Shown: positions 35,563 to 44,007 of the stretch, piece after piece
How the letters are laid out: each line of letters opens with the position of its first letter
Numbering within the stretch: the first letter of the stretch is position 1
Source of the DNA: Desulfobacterales bacterium
GTDB lineage: Bacteria > Desulfobacterota > Desulfobacteria > Desulfobacterales > JAFDDL01
Length of the DNA stretch: 64,000 nucleotides
Assembly (NCBI GenBank): GCA_034003325.1
Contig: JAVEYW010000005.1
Location: 156,508 to 220,507 of the forward strand
Reading direction: 5' to 3'
The notes under the pieces: model-generated
The model's input: the letters and a program-made list of their open reading frames with translations, nothing else
What the model was told of the DNA's origin: nothing
Databases searched by the model: none
Made by a program: the position numbers and the translations under genes

Positions 35563-36608
35563 ACGAAATCGTCGTCATCACCCTGATCCTTTTACTGTCA
35601 GCGTTGTTGTGGTGGAGCTTTACCTTTTTGTCTCGTGAGGGGTGGCAATTTATCGCGTCGGTGCCGGTTAAAAAGCGGGGCGAAGGCCAATGGCAAGGGC
35701 TGAATTTCACCTATTATGGCTTTTTCAATGCGATGGCCGTGACGCTGGCTTCGGCAATGGGGATCATTCTGCTGGCCGCCTGCGGGATACCCACCCTTAC
35801 CGTCATCGGCGTCATCATCAGTATTCTGGCGCTTTGCGTGCCTGCCGCCCGCCTGGTTGCCGGGTGGGTGGAAAAAAAACGGTATACTTTCAGTATCGGC
35901 GGGGCTTCATTTGTGGGGTTGCTGGGAGCCCCCTGGATCATTTTGCTTTTTCGAGCGGGTAGTAAAGGACCGGAAGGCTCGGCGCTGCAACCGATCGTGG
36001 TGCTTTCCGCCATTGTCGTGGCCTATGCCCTCGGTGAAGGCGTGGGCCGGCTGGCGTGTATCAGTTTCGGCTGTTGCTACGGCAAACCGATCGACACCCT
36101 TCATCCGGCCCTACGCCGTCTGTTTTATCGAATCGGGGTTTCTTTTTACTGCCCCACCCGAAAGGCGGTTTACGCCGATCACCTGGCGGGGGTTCGTCTC
36201 GTTCCGATTCAGGCGATAACCTCGGTCATCAACTGCCTGGCGGCCGTTGCGGGGATGTATTTGTTTTTGACCGGCAGGTTCGCAGCCGCCTTTCTGGTGT
36301 CGATGATGCTGACGCAACTTTGGCGGGTTGCTTCTGAATTTTTGCGTGCGGATTATCGCGGAAATGGCCGGTTGTCCGCCTATCAATGGATGGCCCTGAG
36401 CGCCATTCCCTATTCGCTGTTGATCAGCCGCTTATTTACCATGACCGGAAGCCGTGTTCCCGATGTGGCCGCCGGGTTTCAGGCGCTCTGGCATCCCGCA
36501 GTGTTGATCAATTTACAGCTCTTATGGATCTTGGTGTTTATTTATTTTGGAAAAAGCCGCGTGACCGAATCTTCACTAAGCTTTCACGTTGTGCGGGATC
36601 GTGTTTGA
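35556..36608 (+). CDS. Polytopic membrane protein of the Lgt (prolipoprotein diacylglyceryl transferase) family
   Basis: About 8 TM segments. GVGRLACISFGCCYGKP resembles the GR(I/L)GCF..GCCYG block of Lgt-family proteins. The start overlaps the psd-like stop by 7 nt. Confidence 0.6.
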   Translation: MLNEIVVITLILLLSALLWWSFTFLSREGWQFIASVPVKKRGEGQWQGLNFTYYGFFNAMAVTLASAMGIILLAACGIPTLTVIGVIISILALCVPAARLVAGWVEKKRYTFSIGGASFVGLLGAPWIILLFRAGSKGPEGSALQPIVVLSAIVVAYALGEGVGRLACISFGCCYGKPIDTLHPALRRLFYRIGVSFYCPTRKAVYADHLAGVRLVPIQAITSVINCLAAVAGMYLFLTGRFAAAFLVSMMLTQLWRVASEFLRADYRGNGRLSAYQWMALSAIPYSLLISRLFTMTGSRVPDVAAGFQALWHPAVLINLQLLWILVFIYFGKSRVTESSLSFHVVRDRV

Positions 36609-36880
36609 ACGCAGCGATCGCAGGCGTTCAAAAGGGTTTTCAGGCGTGAATGTAAGCCGGGAAATATGGCGAGTCGTCGCAGTATTGCAGCGCGAAGGCT
36701 GGGGGATTTGCAGCAAAGGATCATGGCGCCCGTCAACATCATCAATAGACCGCCCGGCAAAGGGGTGATAAACAGAATCAGGCCAAAGCCGGTCAGACCC
36801 CAGCCGGCAAGAAGTCCGATAAATTTAGGAACAGATTGTAGCCAGCAACGCTGTGTGTCGGTTTGCTTTTTCATTTTCAA
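36584..36880 (-). CDS. Small two-TM membrane protein (98 aa)
   Basis: Two hydrophobic helices (IGLLAGWGLTGFGLILFITPLPGGLLMMLTGAMIL), PGPGW-like. The 3' end overlaps the convergent Lgt-like gene by 25 nt. Confidence 0.45.
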   Translation of the reverse strand: MKMKKQTDTQRCWLQSVPKFIGLLAGWGLTGFGLILFITPLPGGLLMMLTGAMILCCKSPSLRAAILRRLAIFPGLHSRLKTLLNACDRCVQTRSRTT

Positions 36881-37256
36881 ATTGTCTTGTCCTTCTCTAA
36901 AACCATTTTTTTTCCCACGCGGTTAGGCGTGGGAACGGGGACAAGGTCAGCGCGTCTCTTTTGCTACTTCACTTCTGCTGGTGGATCGGCCGTCATCCGG
37001 AAGGTTAATCGTTCGGGTAATTGGCGACGGACGGTTCAGGCATGCGACAGTCCACCTCCGTGCCGAAAAAAAGCCCCACCGATTTGATAAATACGCTCAG
37101 AACAAACCGGCCCGGACCGAAACACTCATCAATCGAGGCATCATATTTATGTTCCGGCTCCCATAATGCTTCTGCACGTCAGTTTGACCTGATGCTCGAC
37201 TTCCAGAACCAGAAATCGAAGATTTCCCCAAATCGTTTCTGAATGGTTCAATCGGT

Positions 37257-37523
37257 TCATGTTCCTATGGAAAGATTGGCGGTATCGCTCTCTTTGGAGA
37301 GGTGCTTCCATGAGATCTTCATTTCAAGCCGGCTCTTGTCTTTTTTTTTCTTGGCGCTGATCTTGAATTTGAGCAGCATTTGAGGACTCAGTTCCAGCGT
37401 TTCATTATCCGAGCTAAGAATGATTTGACCGGACTCAAATCCCTGGTTCAACGAGTCCAAAAAACTGCAAATGGTGCGGACATCCTGTATGGATTCATAA
37501 TCGAAACTGCCGTCTTCCGTCAT
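37257..37523 (-). CDS. Amphi-Trp domain protein (88 aa)
   Basis: GGGAGG RBS. FDYESIQDVRTICSFLDSLNQGFESGQIILSS..LELSP..LKFKISAKKKKDKSRLEMKISWKH matches my recollection of the amphi-Trp small-protein family. Confidence 0.6.
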   Translation of the reverse strand: MTEDGSFDYESIQDVRTICSFLDSLNQGFESGQIILSSDNETLELSPQMLLKFKISAKKKKDKSRLEMKISWKHLSKESDTANLSIGT

Positions 37524-37572
37524 GGTTGCCTCCCGTCCGTGTGGGGTTTACAATGATTCGGCCAGGCACCCT

Positions 37573-37895
37573 TCAGCCGTCCAGGCGCTGCCGGTATTCG
37601 GTAATGACGCGGGGGCGATCCATTCCCGCGCGGATAAGGCCTTTTCGAATGGTCACCTCTTCCCAAACCGGTTGGCACCCGATTTCCCGGTTGGCTTTCA
37701 TCGGATCACGCAAGACCGGTTCGCGCACTTTTTCGCCCATGTGCGTGTCGTCCCCCATGAAAATGAGCAGGTTGCGGGTTGATGCCCCGGCCCGGCAATT
37801 TTTACGGTGAATGACGTCGGGGTCACTTCCTTTGGAATTTTGCTCGGAATCACGGCGGCCCATTCACGAAGGGGGTTTGTGGTGATCACTTTCAT
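37573..37895 (-). pseudogene. Gene interrupted by a frameshift at an A5 run (or a programmed -1 shift)
   Basis: ATG 37895 lies 7 nt after the upstream stop. Frame 1 (MKVITTNPLREWAAVIPSKIPKEVTPTSFTVK) runs into GTAAAAATT (rc of 37797-37805). One extra A, or a -1 slip, joins it to the frame encoding NCRAGASTRNLLIFMGDDTHMGEKVREPVL...VITEYRQRLDG, ending at 37573. Confidence 0.45.
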
Positions 37896-37902
37896 GGGCG
37901 TG

Positions 37903-38163
37903 TCATTCCCCGGACCTTTCGGGAGAATCATGAGGCGGCGCCTTGTCGGGCATTTGGGCATGTTCCGTCTTGATTCTCACGGTGAAATTCTTGCCTTTGG
38001 GCTTAATTTTCAATTCGAGCAGTTCCAGCCGCTCAAACGGGTTGGCAATATCAGCGCCGGAAAGGGTGTGGCGGGTGGTGAACTCGTTGCCCAAGCGGCA
38101 CAGAAAGTCCGCCAATGCCTGCGTATTCAGTTCTCTTTTTAGTTTATTTTTTATTTTTTCCAT
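37903..38163 (-). CDS. Amphi-Trp-like small protein, paralog lacking the Trp (86 aa)
   Basis: LADFLCRLGNEF..LELLELKIKPKGKNFTVRIKTEH parallels the 37257-37523 product. Confidence 0.45.
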   Translation of the reverse strand: MEKIKNKLKRELNTQALADFLCRLGNEFTTRHTLSGADIANPFERLELLELKIKPKGKNFTVRIKTEHAQMPDKAPPHDSPERSGE

Positions 38164-38434
38164 AATAGTGATGCCGTTTTGAACAGGGTTGAATGAATTT
38201 TCTCGTTTTATCTCAGGTGAATGTGAAGATAGCGTTAGCGGTTGATTAGAAATTGAGTGCCGGTTTCAAGCCGTTTTCAGTTTGGTCAAGGTCAATGCGA
38301 GTGAAATAAAAGTTGCGTTGCGCCTCAAAAATATCGGATTGAATCAGAATAGGGAGCGCGACGAGCCGAGTTCATGGGGTAACCGGGATGGAAAGGAAGT
38401 CACCAACAGCCGATGCCGGGTAACACAAGTGAAC

Positions 38435-39805
38435 ATGAAGAGAAAATCGATGACGGAAAAAATCCCGAACGGTTTCAGTAAACGAAATCTGTTGGCCTTA
38501 ACGGTTGTATTGTCTGTATTTGGCTGTATTGGCGGGGCGATGAGTCTACCCTTTTTGTTCGAGTCGCCGACGATGTACTATAAATTCGGCGTGAATAAAC
38601 TATTGCTGCGTTCGGCCAAGATGGTCGGTTTGGCGGCCGCTGTTCTGCTGTTGCTGCAATTGCCCCTGGCCGGCCGGCTGAAGTGGCTGGACCGCATTTT
38701 TTCCCTTCCCGGCTTGTATCGCCTTCACCGGTTAAACGCGTATGTTATCGGGGTGCTGGTGGTGAGCCATCCCGTGCTGGTGCTGGCGCCTGAAGGCAGG
38801 TGGCTTCTTCCCTTTGAGCTTCGCTATTGGCCTGAATGGGTGGGCGCCGCTCTCCTGACAATGATTATCGCGCAGCTCGCATTGGGCCGCTGGCATGGTC
38901 GAATTTTTCGCGCTTACCACAACTGGCGCGGGATTCATTTGAACTTGGGCATTCTCATTCTCATCCTGCTAATGGTTCATATTCTGTTTGTCAGTGAAAC
39001 CTTTGAATCGGTGGGTCCTCCCCGCAACCTGGTATTCGGGGCGGCTATCGGTTCGATCGTGCTTTGGGTATGGATTCGAATGAGTCGGCTGCGGTGGGGG
39101 GAAAAGCGGTTTCTGGTTACCCGAGTCGAGATGGCGGGCTTAAATGCCTATTGCATTGATCTTAAGCCGGAAAGACCACCCCATTTCCGCTATGTACCGG
39201 GGCAATTTGCCTTTATCTCGTTAATCTCCGCGCATATTTCCAGGGAGTACCATCCGTTTACGATAGCGTCCACGCCATCGCGTCCCGGCACGGTGCAATT
39301 GATCATTCGGTGTTGCGGAGATTGGACCCATCGAATCAATACCGTTCAAAAAGGAGACCGTGCTTTTATTCAAGGGCCTTTCGGGCGATTCAGTCACCTA
39401 ATGATTCCGTCGTGGCGGGAGGTGATTATGATTGCCGGCGGCATCGGCATTACGCCCATGATGAGCATGTTGCAGTTTATGACCGATCAGGGGGATTCGC
39501 GGCCGATTACCCTGATATGGAGCAACCGGACACGGGCGCATTTGTTCGGTGTGAATGAACTGACGGCCATGCGGGAAAAATTGACAAGCTTTCATTGGGT
39601 TCCTATTTTTACGCGAGAATCGGAAAATGATGGTCGGCCTGGGCGGTTAGACCGAAACGCCCTGGAAACCCTTCTTTCTGCATGCCGTCGGGATGCCGCC
39701 ATTTTTCTGTGCGGCCCGCCTCTGATGGTGAAGCAGGTTCGAAAGGATTTACGCCGGATCGGGTTTGCGGCAAAATCGATCCACTTTGAGGCATTTAATT
39801 TCTGA
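38435..39805 (+). CDS. NOX/FRE-like flavocytochrome: ferric-reductase TM domain fused to an FAD/NAD(P)H-binding domain
   Basis: Six TM segments with two His pairs, each 13 residues apart (HRLNAYVIGVLVVSH; HLNLGILILILLMVH). HPFT FAD motif (EYHPFTIAS), GGIGITP NAD(P)H motif, CGPP. ATG 38435 is chosen over the upstream non-ATG track start. Confidence 0.8.
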   Translation: MKRKSMTEKIPNGFSKRNLLALTVVLSVFGCIGGAMSLPFLFESPTMYYKFGVNKLLLRSAKMVGLAAAVLLLLQLPLAGRLKWLDRIFSLPGLYRLHRLNAYVIGVLVVSHPVLVLAPEGRWLLPFELRYWPEWVGAALLTMIIAQLALGRWHGRIFRAYHNWRGIHLNLGILILILLMVHILFVSETFESVGPPRNLVFGAAIGSIVLWVWIRMSRLRWGEKRFLVTRVEMAGLNAYCIDLKPERPPHFRYVPGQFAFISLISAHISREYHPFTIASTPSRPGTVQLIIRCCGDWTHRINTVQKGDRAFIQGPFGRFSHLMIPSWREVIMIAGGIGITPMMSMLQFMTDQGDSRPITLIWSNRTRAHLFGVNELTAMREKLTSFHWVPIFTRESENDGRPGRLDRNALETLLSACRRDAAIFLCGPPLMVKQVRKDLRRIGFAAKSIHFEAFNF

Positions 39806-39866
39806 TCCGCCCGTTACGGCGGCCTTTTCATTATTGATACTTTGAATTCAAACAGGAGGCCGAACT

Positions 39867-40463
39867 ATGAAAAGAGCAGCATCTTTAATTTTGGGGATTT
39901 TCTTTCTTTTGATACTGGGGAGCAACAGTTTTGCGGCGGCGCCCGAATGGAAGATTGATTCGGATCATTCAGGAATTTATTTTGGTGTCAGTCATATTTA
40001 TTCAACGGTCAAAGGACACTTCAATGCGTTTGAAGGGGTTGTTGCATTCGACCCCGCGAATCTTAAAGAAAGCCGATTTGATTTTAAAGTAAAGGTCAAA
40101 AGTATTGATACGAATAACAGTAAACGGGACGGGCATCTGCAATCCGCAGATTTTTTTGATGCCGGAAAATACCCCGAAATGACCTTCAAGAGCACCGCCA
40201 TTGCGCATGCCGGAGGCGATCAATATACGGTTGAAGGGACGATGACCGTCAAAGATGTCAGCCAAAAGATCACCCTGCCGTTTACTTTTTTCGGCGCCAA
40301 GCAGCACCCGTTCGACCCCAAGTTGGAAGTGGCCGGGTTCGAAGCCCGCATGGACATTGACCGATTGGCCTACCATGTGGGATACGGCAAGTTTTATCAA
40401 ATGGGCGTGGTGGGCAAGGATGTGAAAGTATTGATCAGCATAGAGGCGACCCGGAATAAGTAG
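39867..40463 (+). CDS. YceI-family periplasmic (polyisoprenoid-binding) protein
   Basis: AGGAGG RBS. Signal peptide. WKIDSDHSGIYFGVSHIYSTVKGHF..KSIDTNNSKRDGHL is the YceI pattern. Confidence 0.85.
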   Translation: MKRAASLILGIFFLLILGSNSFAAAPEWKIDSDHSGIYFGVSHIYSTVKGHFNAFEGVVAFDPANLKESRFDFKVKVKSIDTNNSKRDGHLQSADFFDAGKYPEMTFKSTAIAHAGGDQYTVEGTMTVKDVSQKITLPFTFFGAKQHPFDPKLEVAGFEARMDIDRLAYHVGYGKFYQMGVVGKDVKVLISIEATRNK

Positions 40464-40557
40464 GGTGCCTGCCGTCCGGTTTCAGCGAGGTCCAAGGGCC
40501 TTCCATAGTTCGGCGGCCGGCCGCCCCAACCATCAAAATAGAAGAAAAGGAGTTTTT

Positions 40558-40794
40558 ATGAGCGACGTTCGTATGACCGCCGAAGTTCGAACCGATTATG
40601 ACTGCGAGGCAACCGGACTGCCGGCCCAGCGTTGGGGTGAAGCCGTCTTTAAAATAGGGGATGAGGAGCTGATCTTTGAAGTCAGCGTTGAAAAAGATGT
40701 GATCGTTTCCATTATGACCGATGAGGAAACGACGTGGAAGGGTACGTTGGCAGGGCTGAAACGGATGATCAAAAATGCGATAAAACCGGCCTGA
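40558..40794 (+). CDS. Small hypothetical protein (78 aa)
   Basis: AAAGGAG RBS 6 nt upstream of ATG 40558. No motif recognised. Confidence 0.45.
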   Translation: MSDVRMTAEVRTDYDCEATGLPAQRWGEAVFKIGDEELIFEVSVEKDVIVSIMTDEETTWKGTLAGLKRMIKNAIKPA

Positions 40795-40873
40795 TGGCGT
40801 GGCCTTCCGGTTAAACGGCCGGGAGGCTTTGCGGCAGCGGTCCTTTTGCCGTTCAGCCGCCCGGGCGTCCCGG

Positions 40874-42070
40874 TTATTGTCCCGAAGCGGAACCGGGTTG
40901 GAAAATTTTTACAAAATTCCCATAGCCCTCTTTTTCAAGATCCGCGGTTGGAACAAAGCGAAGCGCGGCCGAGTTGATGCAATAGCGAAGCCCCGTGGGC
41001 GCAGGACCATCGTCAAAAACATGCCCGAGGTGAGAATCCGCGAGTTTGCTGCGCACTTCCGTTCTTGCCATAAAAAAGCCTTTGTCTGTTTTTTCTATGA
41101 TATTCTCCGGAACCAGCGGCCGGGTGAAACTCGGCCACCCGGTTCCGGAATCAAACTTGTCCATCGAGCTGAAAAGCGGCTCGCCGGAAATAATATCGAC
41201 ATAGATACCGGCCCGGTGGTTGTTCCAGTATGGATTCTGAAAAGGCGTTTCGGTTCCGTTTTGCCGGGTTACCTCATATTGAATGGGTGTCAATCGTCGG
41301 CGCAGTGACTCATCATCCGGACGATGATACCCTATGTCGGTCCAATTGTTTTCATTCTTGCTCGTTTTTTTCGGATCTTTTATTTCGGAAGACGCGGCTG
41401 CCGTCATTTTTCCCCCCTCCTGTTCCTTCTCAGGTTCTTTTTCTGTCCATGTTGTGGTAATAAACTGATCCCGGCCGGAACCGGATCGATACCATTTGTA
41501 GCGAATCGGATTTTTCTTATAGTAATCCTGGTGATAATCTTCAGCCGGGTAGAAAGTGTTTAAGGGAAGAATTTCGGTTGCGACGGGTTTGTCAAAACGC
41601 CCCGAGGCTTCCAACTGTTGCTTGGACATCTCGGCGATATGCTGTTGCGTTTCATCGGCGTAAAAAATAACGCTGCGGTATTGCGAGCCCCGGTCCACGA
41701 ATGAACCGCCTGCGTCCGTGGGATCGATATACCGCCAGAAATAATCCAGTAATTGTTCATAAGTGATCTTGGTCGAATCATAGTGGACCTTCACGGCTTC
41801 CACATGACCGGTGCCGCCCGCCGAGACCTCTTCATAGGTGGGGGTCATCGTCTTTCCGCCGGCATATCCGGAAATCACTTCAATCACCCCTTCCGCTTTT
41901 TCAAAATCAGCCTCCACACACCAGAAGCAGCCCCCGGCAAAAACAGCCGTGTTAACTTGCTCCGGAGATGTCTTCATCTTTTTTTCCATACTTTTTCCCA
42001 TGCCCCTGACCGGGTAAAACCCGAAAAAGGCAGCCATCGTGACCATTAATGTGATGATAAGGGTTTTCAT
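40874..42070 (-). CDS. msrAB: Secreted bifunctional methionine sulfoxide reductase MsrA-MsrB
   Basis: GGGAGG RBS. Signal peptide. MsrA block [11 protein letters not shown], MsrB block [23 protein letters not shown]. Confidence 0.9.
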   Translation of the reverse strand: MKTLIITLMVTMAAFFGFYPVRGMGKSMEKKMKTSPEQVNTAVFAGGCFWCVEADFEKAEGVIEVISGYAGGKTMTPTYEEVSAGGTGHVEAVKVHYDSTKITYEQLLDYFWRYIDPTDAGGSFVDRGSQYRSVIFYADETQQHIAEMSKQQLEASGRFDKPVATEILPLNTFYPAEDYHQDYYKKNPIRYKWYRSGSGRDQFITTTWTEKEPEKEQEGGKMTAAASSEIKDPKKTSKNENNWTDIGYHRPDDESLRRRLTPIQYEVTRQNGTETPFQNPYWNNHRAGIYVDIISGEPLFSSMDKFDSGTGWPSFTRPLVPENIIEKTDKGFFMARTEVRSKLADSHLGHVFDDGPAPTGLRYCINSAALRFVPTADLEKEGYGNFVKIFQPGSASGQ

Positions 42071-42185
42071 ATCATACCTCCCTGAACCGGTGTTACCGGT
42101 GAGTTATGCCGTTTCATTAAATTCGAGCCCAATTAATCTTGAATATAGGCACTCCAGATGAATTTGCCATAGAAAGCGGTCAAAG

Positions 42186-42294
42186 ATTAGACCTTTTATC
42201 AGAAACAAGCACGCTTTTGCGTGTATATTCGCCGAAGGTGAAAAATGGCTTTTGTGCATTCCAGCATTCTAGCATCCGGCTTTGCCGGATTAGG
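42186..42294 (+). repeat. Family-1 structured intergenic element, copy C
   Basis: ATTAGA|CCTTTTATCAGAAACAAGCACGCTTTTGCGTGTATATTCGCCGAAGGTGAAAAATGGCTTTTGT(GCATTCCA GCATTCTA GCATCCGG)CTTTGCCGGATTAGG. Confidence 0.85.
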
Positions 42295-42455
42295 TGAAGA
42301 CGGGAGGGAAGGGATGAAACAATATTTGAAACATCGGACGTGGTTGCATGCAATTTCATGGATGTGATATGTCGAGATTGAAAAGCGCTCCTGCCAAACG
42401 GCCGGCGATGAAAACCGATTCGCTTCAATCTATGAATTTTTCTTTCGAGTGATTT

Positions 42456-43073
42456 ATGCTGAATTATTTGCTTGTCGGGACGGTATTGGGGGTTTCGGCC
42501 GGTTTTTCACCCGGACCGCTTCTGGCGCTTGTGATTTCCGAAACCCTCAGGCATGATGTAGCGGCCGGCATCAAGGTGGCGATAGCACCCATCGTCACGG
42601 ATTTGCCGATTATCTTGGTTTCCGTGTTCATATTGGCGAAGCTTTCCGACCATCGCATGATTTTCGGCCTGATTTCCTTTTTCGGAGGCATGTTGCTTGT
42701 GTATATGGGGTATGAGTGTTTTTGGGTGAAATCCGTCGATTTGAGGTTGGATACCCGAAAGCCGAATTCGCTAAGGCGGGGAATCATGGTCAACGTGTTA
42801 AGTCCATACCCTTATCTTTTTTGGATCAGTGTCGGTGCGCCGACCACTATTAAGGCCCTGAATGAGAGTCCTGCTGCCGCAATGTCTTTTAATATCGGGT
42901 TTTATGCGCTCCTGGTTGGATCGAAGGTCGTACTGGCGATATTGGTCGGTAAATCAAGGTCGTTTCTGAAGGGGAAACTTTATTTGGGAATCATGCGGGG
43001 GTTGGGCCTCGTATTGATTGTGTTTGCCTTGTTTCTGATTCGGGATGGGATGAAAAGCTTCGGTGTTTTTTAA
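42456..43073 (+). CDS. LysE/RhtB-family amino-acid exporter
   Basis: 205 aa, 5-6 TM segments, N-terminal GxSPGP motif (GVSAGFSPGPLLALV). Confidence 0.8.
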   Translation: MLNYLLVGTVLGVSAGFSPGPLLALVISETLRHDVAAGIKVAIAPIVTDLPIILVSVFILAKLSDHRMIFGLISFFGGMLLVYMGYECFWVKSVDLRLDTRKPNSLRRGIMVNVLSPYPYLFWISVGAPTTIKALNESPAAAMSFNIGFYALLVGSKVVLAILVGKSRSFLKGKLYLGIMRGLGLVLIVFALFLIRDGMKSFGVF

Positions 43074-43133
43074 CACCGCGAACGGAGGCCATCCATAATC
43101 AGACCCCGTTTGATTATACCCATGGAGGATACA

Positions 43134-43622
43134 ATGGTGAACCCCATCAGACAACGGGCGATAGACGGATTACAACCCGGAGATACCTTTACGATCGAGC
43201 GTACCTTTACCCGGGCGGAAACAAATGCTTTCGGTGATATTACCCGGGATTATAATCCGGTTCATTATGATAGCCGATGGGCTGAGGGAAAGGGGTTTAA
43301 CGACCTTATCTGCCATGGGTTGCTGGTCGGATCCATGATTTGCGAATTCGGCGGTCAGGTGGGATGGCTTGCCACTGGCATGAATTTCAAATTTTTTCGC
43401 CCAGTCTACTTTGGCGATACGATTACCTGCAGTATTGTTATTACCAAGATAGCTGCCTCCGGTAGGGCTGAAGCGAAAGCACTTTTCAGCAACAACGCAG
43501 GGGACCAGGTAGGCCAAGTGCATATGACCGGCCGCTTGCCACTTGATTCGGATCGTGATCTGCTGAAACAAATGATATTCGAAGGGGACCCGACGAATAA
43601 GCTAAATGATGATGCAGCGTAA
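43134..43622 (+). CDS. MaoC-like (R)-specific enoyl-CoA hydratase / hot-dog fold dehydratase
   Basis: GDYNPVHYD..A....F...ICHGLL pattern. GGAGGA RBS before ATG 43134. Confidence 0.8.
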   Translation: MVNPIRQRAIDGLQPGDTFTIERTFTRAETNAFGDITRDYNPVHYDSRWAEGKGFNDLICHGLLVGSMICEFGGQVGWLATGMNFKFFRPVYFGDTITCSIVITKIAASGRAEAKALFSNNAGDQVGQVHMTGRLPLDSDRDLLKQMIFEGDPTNKLNDDAA

Positions 43623-43735
43623 CCATGCTGAGAAAAAAGCTGCCGGCATGGTTTCGAGGGCACATAAATCAACCCTGGATTATGTCATCGGCATCATGCT
43701 TGACAAGATATCCTTGCTTAGTTTAAGTGTATTTA

Positions 43736-43746
43736 AACCAACAGAC
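43736..43746 (+). promoter_or_regulatory. AACCARCAGAC motif, site 1 (downstream of TTGACA-17-TTAAGT)
   Basis: AACCAACAGAC, preceded by TTGACA (43700-43705), 17 nt, TTAAGT. About 260 nt upstream of the LolA-like gene. Confidence 0.35.
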
Positions 43747-43815
43747 CGGACAATTTTAAACATGCCCATTATGCAGTTAACCGGGCGGGGATATTCCTGA
43801 AATCAGCCGCTGCGC

Positions 43816-43912
43816 CCCAAACCGGCAAAGCCGGAACCCGGGCGGCTTGGCGGCCAATGACCTTCTCCAGTTATGCGCGCTTTTTGGTGCATGTTTCTGA
43901 TAATGGGTCTAT
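43816..43912 (-). repeat. Family-1 element, diverged inverted copy G
   Basis: CCAAACCGGCAAAGCCGGA...GGTGCATGTTTCTGATAATGGGTCT aligns with the reverse complement of the family-1 consensus. The 8-mer array is replaced by other sequence. Confidence 0.5.
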
Positions 43913-44007
43913 CGCAATCGGGTTTGACAGAGTGATTTCGTGGTGTGAGAAAGCACGGATAGTGTGCTTTGTGCCGCTTAACTTTAAACCAAAACACGAG
44001 GGGAAAA

